Source: Chrysomallon squamiferum
Taxonomy: Eukaryota; Animalia; Mollusca
Assembly (NCBI GenBank): GCA_012295275.1
Contig: CM022670.1
Coordinates: forward strand, 31,372,001-31,436,000
Length of the DNA stretch: 64,000 bases
Reading direction: 5' to 3'
Position 1 is the stretch's first letter. Each line of letters begins with the position of its first letter. Both the position numbers and the translations under genes were made by a program. The notes below the pieces were generated by a model. It made no database searches and was not told the origin of the DNA. It saw only the letters and a list, made by a program, of their open reading frames with translations. This document shows, piece after piece, positions 61,169-64,000 of this stretch.

Positions 61169-63727
61169 CATACAAACATACATACATGCATACATACATG
61201 CATACATACATTCATACATACATAGACAACCATACAGGCACATACATATATCTGTATATATGAATGAACATAGCTAGAACAGAACTGATTTAAGCTCCAA
61301 CTTTTCAAACTTGTTTTAGTCAAATATATCTATAACAATTAAAAAACATATAATTATGATTGACATCATACCAGTAAGGTTTAAGCACACCTAAGCTGGG
61401 TTATATTTTCTATCTGATACCTGTTTCTACTAAAACAAGAGTTAATGCCACACAAGGAGTATGTACTTCCATTTGTTAATAAATTCTTTATTTTTCTCCA
61501 TGCTGCCTGGCATTTAACTGACCTTTGTTATATAAGCAGCACGGAGCACAAGGAAAACAAAGCAAGGAGATGTGATGCACTGACAGCAACCTGACACATT
61601 AACTGAGATATTCCCCTCACCCCACCCAGTTCAAAGCTCTAGCACTGGCATCCCTGAAGAGACATGTCTCACTTCTGACATTTCTTAGAATTTTCATTTC
61701 TGGAGTCAAACTTGCCATATATCACACTCAGACCTAGCAAATCTGGGGTGATTTGTAAATCTTTTGCCATTCATTTATTTATTTTTTTTATTTTATCATT
61801 AGCAGAAGTAGTAATTTGACATACTTCATCATCAGATATGTAAAATGTTATGTGTTATTAAGATTATACTGTGGAAATATTGTTAAATATGTTTGCTGTC
61901 CTGATGATATCACTTTTGATATACAGAGTGATTAAAACAGAGTGATTCTTTAATTTCAGTGTCATTACCTCTTATGTGCTTTTTAATATTGTATGTTGTG
62001 AATTTCAAATTAATATGTGAGATGTCAAAAACGCTTACCATCCTGATTATGTCCTGATTAAAATAACATTTCTAATGAACTAGCTTTTTAAAAATATTAG
62101 TGCTTTATCTGTTATGTTGTTCCTTGCTGGTTTTTATATTTGTGTTTTAATAAAATTATTTCAAATTGATGTTAGAAAGTAAACTAAATACCTTTCTTCA
62201 GAAATCAAGATGATTATGACAGTCCCAGTGGGAGATTTTGGATTATAAAAAGTAGGGGGCTGCCATATGCATGCTTGATTGGATATCAAAACTTTAAAAA
62301 TAAAATTAAAGATACAAACATTGAACTTGAAATACAATAAGAATAGCATTAAGCTGTTCAAAAATAAATCAAACAGAATGTTTCTATGACAGAGAATGAT
62401 GTCAGGTGTTTGAGTTCCCAGTTGATAACAAATGTACTCACCACTGCCATGTGTAGTGTGAATTCCACACCAATGCCGACAGCCATGATGAGGATAACTG
62501 CAGGGACAGCACTGAGCTTGATACCAATCATCCCCATGAAGCCAAACAGCTCAACAAGGATCATGGCTAACATGACAACCTGAACAAAGACAAACAGCAT
62601 ACATCTGAATGTCAGCCACTTTAAATATTCAGTGGTAAAATTGTTATGGTATATGAAAGAGTTAGCTTTAACTGAATATAGTAATAATAATAATAATAAA
62701 TAACAATAATAATAGTGAAAATTATGATAATGATGTTAATAATAATAACAATAACAATGAAAATGACAGTAAATCTAAACAACAATAATAATCATCATGT
62801 TAACAGCAACAACAATATTATGAGAAAGAAACAATATCACAACTTACAATGACAGCTGATATCCAGGGGTTCATCAGAACCACTGTGAGGACGATGAAGG
62901 TGACAGCAAGGACACACAAGATGGCCAGCATCATGTAGAATCTCAGGTTTATGTACTGCTCCCAGAAAGTGAAAGGAACACCAGTAGGGTAGTTGGGCAA
63001 ACCACGCCCAGAGAAAGAGTCACAGATAGAACGAATTTCCTAAAAAGCAAAATACAAAATCAGAATTTTTAGTATAAAGTGTTAAAATGTATTGTTAAGC
63101 ATGAAACTACCATTAAAACAAATTAACATGAGACAATACTTAAAAGAAAATATGAAAATATCAGAATCTTCAACTGATTTTTTTCCAGGAATAACTGAAA
63201 TAAAAATAATATGATTTAAAAAAACAGAAAGTCTGAAACTTACCTTAATAATGCTGATGATATCTTCTGTGTTTGATAAGTTTGTCAGAAAGAAAGGAAG
63301 CTGGGTGTATATCAGTGGCTGTGATTTTGGGACTGAAAATAAAAATAATATTCAAATTCAAAACTTAAAAAAAAACCCAGCATATAAAATTGTTCATTTG
63401 TGACATATAATATATATATTATTTAATATTCATTTTTTTCTGTCAACATGGATACAGCTTTTAATATCAAAAAATGAATTAAAACAAAACAAAATATACT
63501 CCACTGTGACAACAGTGTAAATTTAAAAAAAAGTTCAATCCTAAAAGCAACTCACTGACAAAGTTAAGTTCATTTGGGTCATGCAGCCAGCTCTTGGGGA
63601 GGGGATGGAAATTGCCCACTGAGGCAGTATATGCCATGACATCATTTGATGTCCAGGCTGTGAGGTAGTTGTAGAAAGCAGGTGCATATATATTGCCTTG
63701 ATCATCGACTAGTCGTATATGAGTCAC
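45874..63727 (-). CDS. ptc: Patched (Hedgehog receptor), 3' portion: end of extracellular loop 2, TM8-12 and C-tail; 5' exons lie beyond the window
   Basis: Exons: 63556-63727, 63244-63332, 62848-63039, 62442-62579, 60393-60535, 47764-47863, 47093-47353, 46447-46555, 45874-45971. Motifs [94 protein letters not shown]. Confidence 0.93.
46447..46555 (-). CDS. ptc: patched C-tail exon
   Basis: [20 protein letters not shown], phase 0-1. Confidence 0.88.
47093..47353 (-). CDS. ptc: patched C-tail exon
   Basis: [10 protein letters not shown]...SLTTITEE...[11 protein letters not shown], phase 0-0. Confidence 0.9.
47764..47863 (-). CDS. ptc: patched exon (TM12)
   Basis: YFFNVL...[18 protein letters not shown], phase 2-0. 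Confidence 0.92.
53158..53536. repeat. 42-bp minisatellite, 9 copies
   Basis: Unit aaggg(tgg/cag)taactctaaatatatcagtgaacatctctcacac, starting at 53161 and every 42 bp through 53497. Confidence 0.97.
55076..55084 (-). promoter_or_regulatory. Perfect Gli/Ci binding consensus in the patched intron
   Basis: TGGGTGGTC on +, at the edge of a locally GC-rich patch. Confidence 0.55.
55586..55633. repeat. (GA)n microsatellite
   Basis: Seen directly. Confidence 0.95.
59318..59382. repeat. (CA)n microsatellite
   Basis: Seen directly. Confidence 0.95.
60393..60535 (-). CDS. ptc: patched exon (TM11)
   Basis: [12 protein letters not shown]...[14 protein letters not shown]...EFDFVI, phase 0-2. Confidence 0.93.
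61130..61250. repeat. (TACA)n degenerate microsatellite
   Basis: Seen directly. Confidence 0.9.
62442..62579 (-). CDS. ptc: patched exon (TM9-10, GIGVE motif)
   Basis: Phase 0-0; the RND-type GxxxE motif is intact. Confidence 0.93.
62848..63039 (-). CDS. ptc: patched exon ([17 protein letters not shown] plus TM8)
   Basis: Phase 0-0, GT-AG. Confidence 0.93.
63244..63332 (-). CDS. ptc: patched exon ([16 protein letters not shown])
   Basis: Phase 1-0, GT-AG. Confidence 0.92.
63556..63727 (-). CDS. ptc: patched exon (RLVD...AFYNYLTAW)
   Basis: Phase 0-1, GT-AG. Confidence 0.92.
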
Positions 63728-64000
63728 CTGAAAGTTAATTATAATTAATTAATTAAAATGGCATCTTGACCATAGTCACAGGTAATCTGAAAATATATTT
63801 TAAAGACATAATAAATAAATAAATATTTAAAATAAGAAAAAAAATTTAAATAAATAAATTTTTTAAAATATATAAATCACTATAAAATTTTGTTTTCTGG
63901 TTTTTATTTTTGTGTCTTTTCTTTTCTTTCTTTTTCGTTTTATGTTTTTCCTTTTCTTATTTTCCTTTTTTTTTATCCTTTTCTTTCTATCTTTTTTATT

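Noticed and set aside
61520-61545. TGACCTTTG plus TATATAAG as an antisense promoter in the ptc intron
   Set aside because: Short motifs with no downstream ORF or other support.

Overview
AT-rich, microsatellite-laden animal genomic DNA. Gene content and SINE fragments suggest a lophotrochozoan, probably a gastropod mollusc; that assignment is an inference. I reconstructed three spliced genes by hand, each with GT-AG introns and consistent exon phases. (1) A complete minus-strand apolipophorin/apoB-like large lipid transfer protein gene: 28 exons, CDS 21713 to 543, about 3,681 aa, with a signal peptide, a 5,160-bp internal exon and a TATA/Inr/GATA promoter. It appears to stop before the usual vWF-D domain and has no furin site. 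(2) A complete plus-strand M3A metallopeptidase (thimet oligopeptidase/neurolysin): 17 exons, 25903-34375, HEFGH motif, with two in-frame ATGs flanking a mitochondrial-presequence-like segment. (3) The 3' part of a minus-strand patched gene: 9 coding exons, 63727 to 45874, with a 12.5-kb intron and a 3'-UTR intron. The most interesting non-coding signals are perfect and near-perfect Gli/Ci sites in and downstream of patched, a 42-bp VNTR whose majority variant carries a Gli-like site, a long intronic hairpin and a triplicated exon end in the peptidase gene, and a visible mosaic CpG pattern. Most short ORFs in the track are microsatellite or antisense artefacts.
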